Of a DNA stretch of 64,000 nt, positions 63,377 through 64,000 are shown piece by piece (within the stretch, counting starts at the first letter, position 1; each line of letters starts with the position of its first letter). A program made the position numbers and the translations under genes. The stretch covers positions 67,744,788 to 67,808,787 of the forward strand of contig CM120640.1 in the NCBI GenBank assembly GCA_051362555.1, written 5' to 3'. The stretch comes from Lingula anatina (taxonomy: Eukaryota > Animalia > Brachiopoda). The notes under the pieces were generated by a model, which was not told where the DNA came from, did no database searches, and saw only the letters and a list, made by a program, of their open reading frames with translations.

Positions 63377-64000
63377 TTTTTACTTTTTTATTTACATGAA
63401 TGGCTTATGGTAAGAATTCACAGTTAATAGTAGTATGGTTGCCATCTTGGATATCCTGTCATATTTGAAACATTTGAAATATTTTAAATAGAGAAAGCTT
63501 CAAAATTATACCAAAATAGGAAAAAGGAGTCTGCAATATATACAGTTTTATCAAAAACGTACATTACGCCTTCTGTATTCATTTTCAATGCAGTTTGATT
63601 TTTTCTCATTACGTACAGAGAATTTATGGGCAAAAAATCAGAAGGGATCATTTGTTCAATTCTGTAGCCTTCCAAAAATTTGAACTGAATTAAACAATAC
63701 TGTAGATGAATTATTGCATGAAAAAGACATTCAATTTGAAATCTAGAAAGACATCAAGCTTTCGTTCATAATCAACTCACTATAATCAACTCTTTTTCAT
63801 TGGTAGCCGTCATTGATTTATGGCAATCAAGTAAAATATGATGAATTTAAGGAAATATGAATGGTCAAAGTAGCAAGAAAGGCCTTGATGTTAAAGATAC
63901 ATTAAAGATACGTCACAGTGGTTTTAAAATAATGTTTCTTTAATTTCTCTCTCTATATATATATTATTAGTAATGAATCAGATAAGTAAGCATATTTAAT

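Noticed and set aside
60578-63399. Many repeated ORFs (e.g. MVKILEIRGALKF..., YDFLFKFN...)
   Set aside because: They are translations of satellite monomers inside the HINE, with no coding signature.

Overview
AT-rich, intron-containing eukaryotic genomic DNA from a gene-dense region of an invertebrate. The Helentron-type elements and gene content suggest a mollusc or other lophotrochozoan, but the species cannot be determined. Six spliced genes were reconstructed by hand from GT-AG sites and reading-frame phase: PPIL6 (-), a small single-cysteine-rich-domain TNF-receptor-like protein (+), FAM228B-like (-), profilin-4-like (+), GDAP2 (-) and DCAF6 (+). Five are recognisable by remembered homology; the receptor is called from its architecture only. 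A signal-peptide gene appears to run off the left edge. Intergenic and intronic DNA holds two satellite-bearing Helentron-associated elements, several Harbinger-, Kolobok- and hAT-like MITEs, decayed DIRS and RTE retroelements, and a 4-exon coiled-coil pseudogene. Best leads: (1) a head-to-head FAM228B/PFN4 pair, as at human 2p23, where both genes appear to have alternative coding first exons, some preceded by RFX X-box-like sites, near the radial-spoke cyclophilin PPIL6; (2) a Grindelwald/BCMA-like mini TNF receptor with clustered NF-kB sites and a C-terminal PDZ-binding motif; (3) a PPIL6 that keeps the Trp equivalent to CypA W121; (4) a candidate 24-nt GC-donor microexon in GDAP2. All homology calls are from recalled sequences, not database searches.
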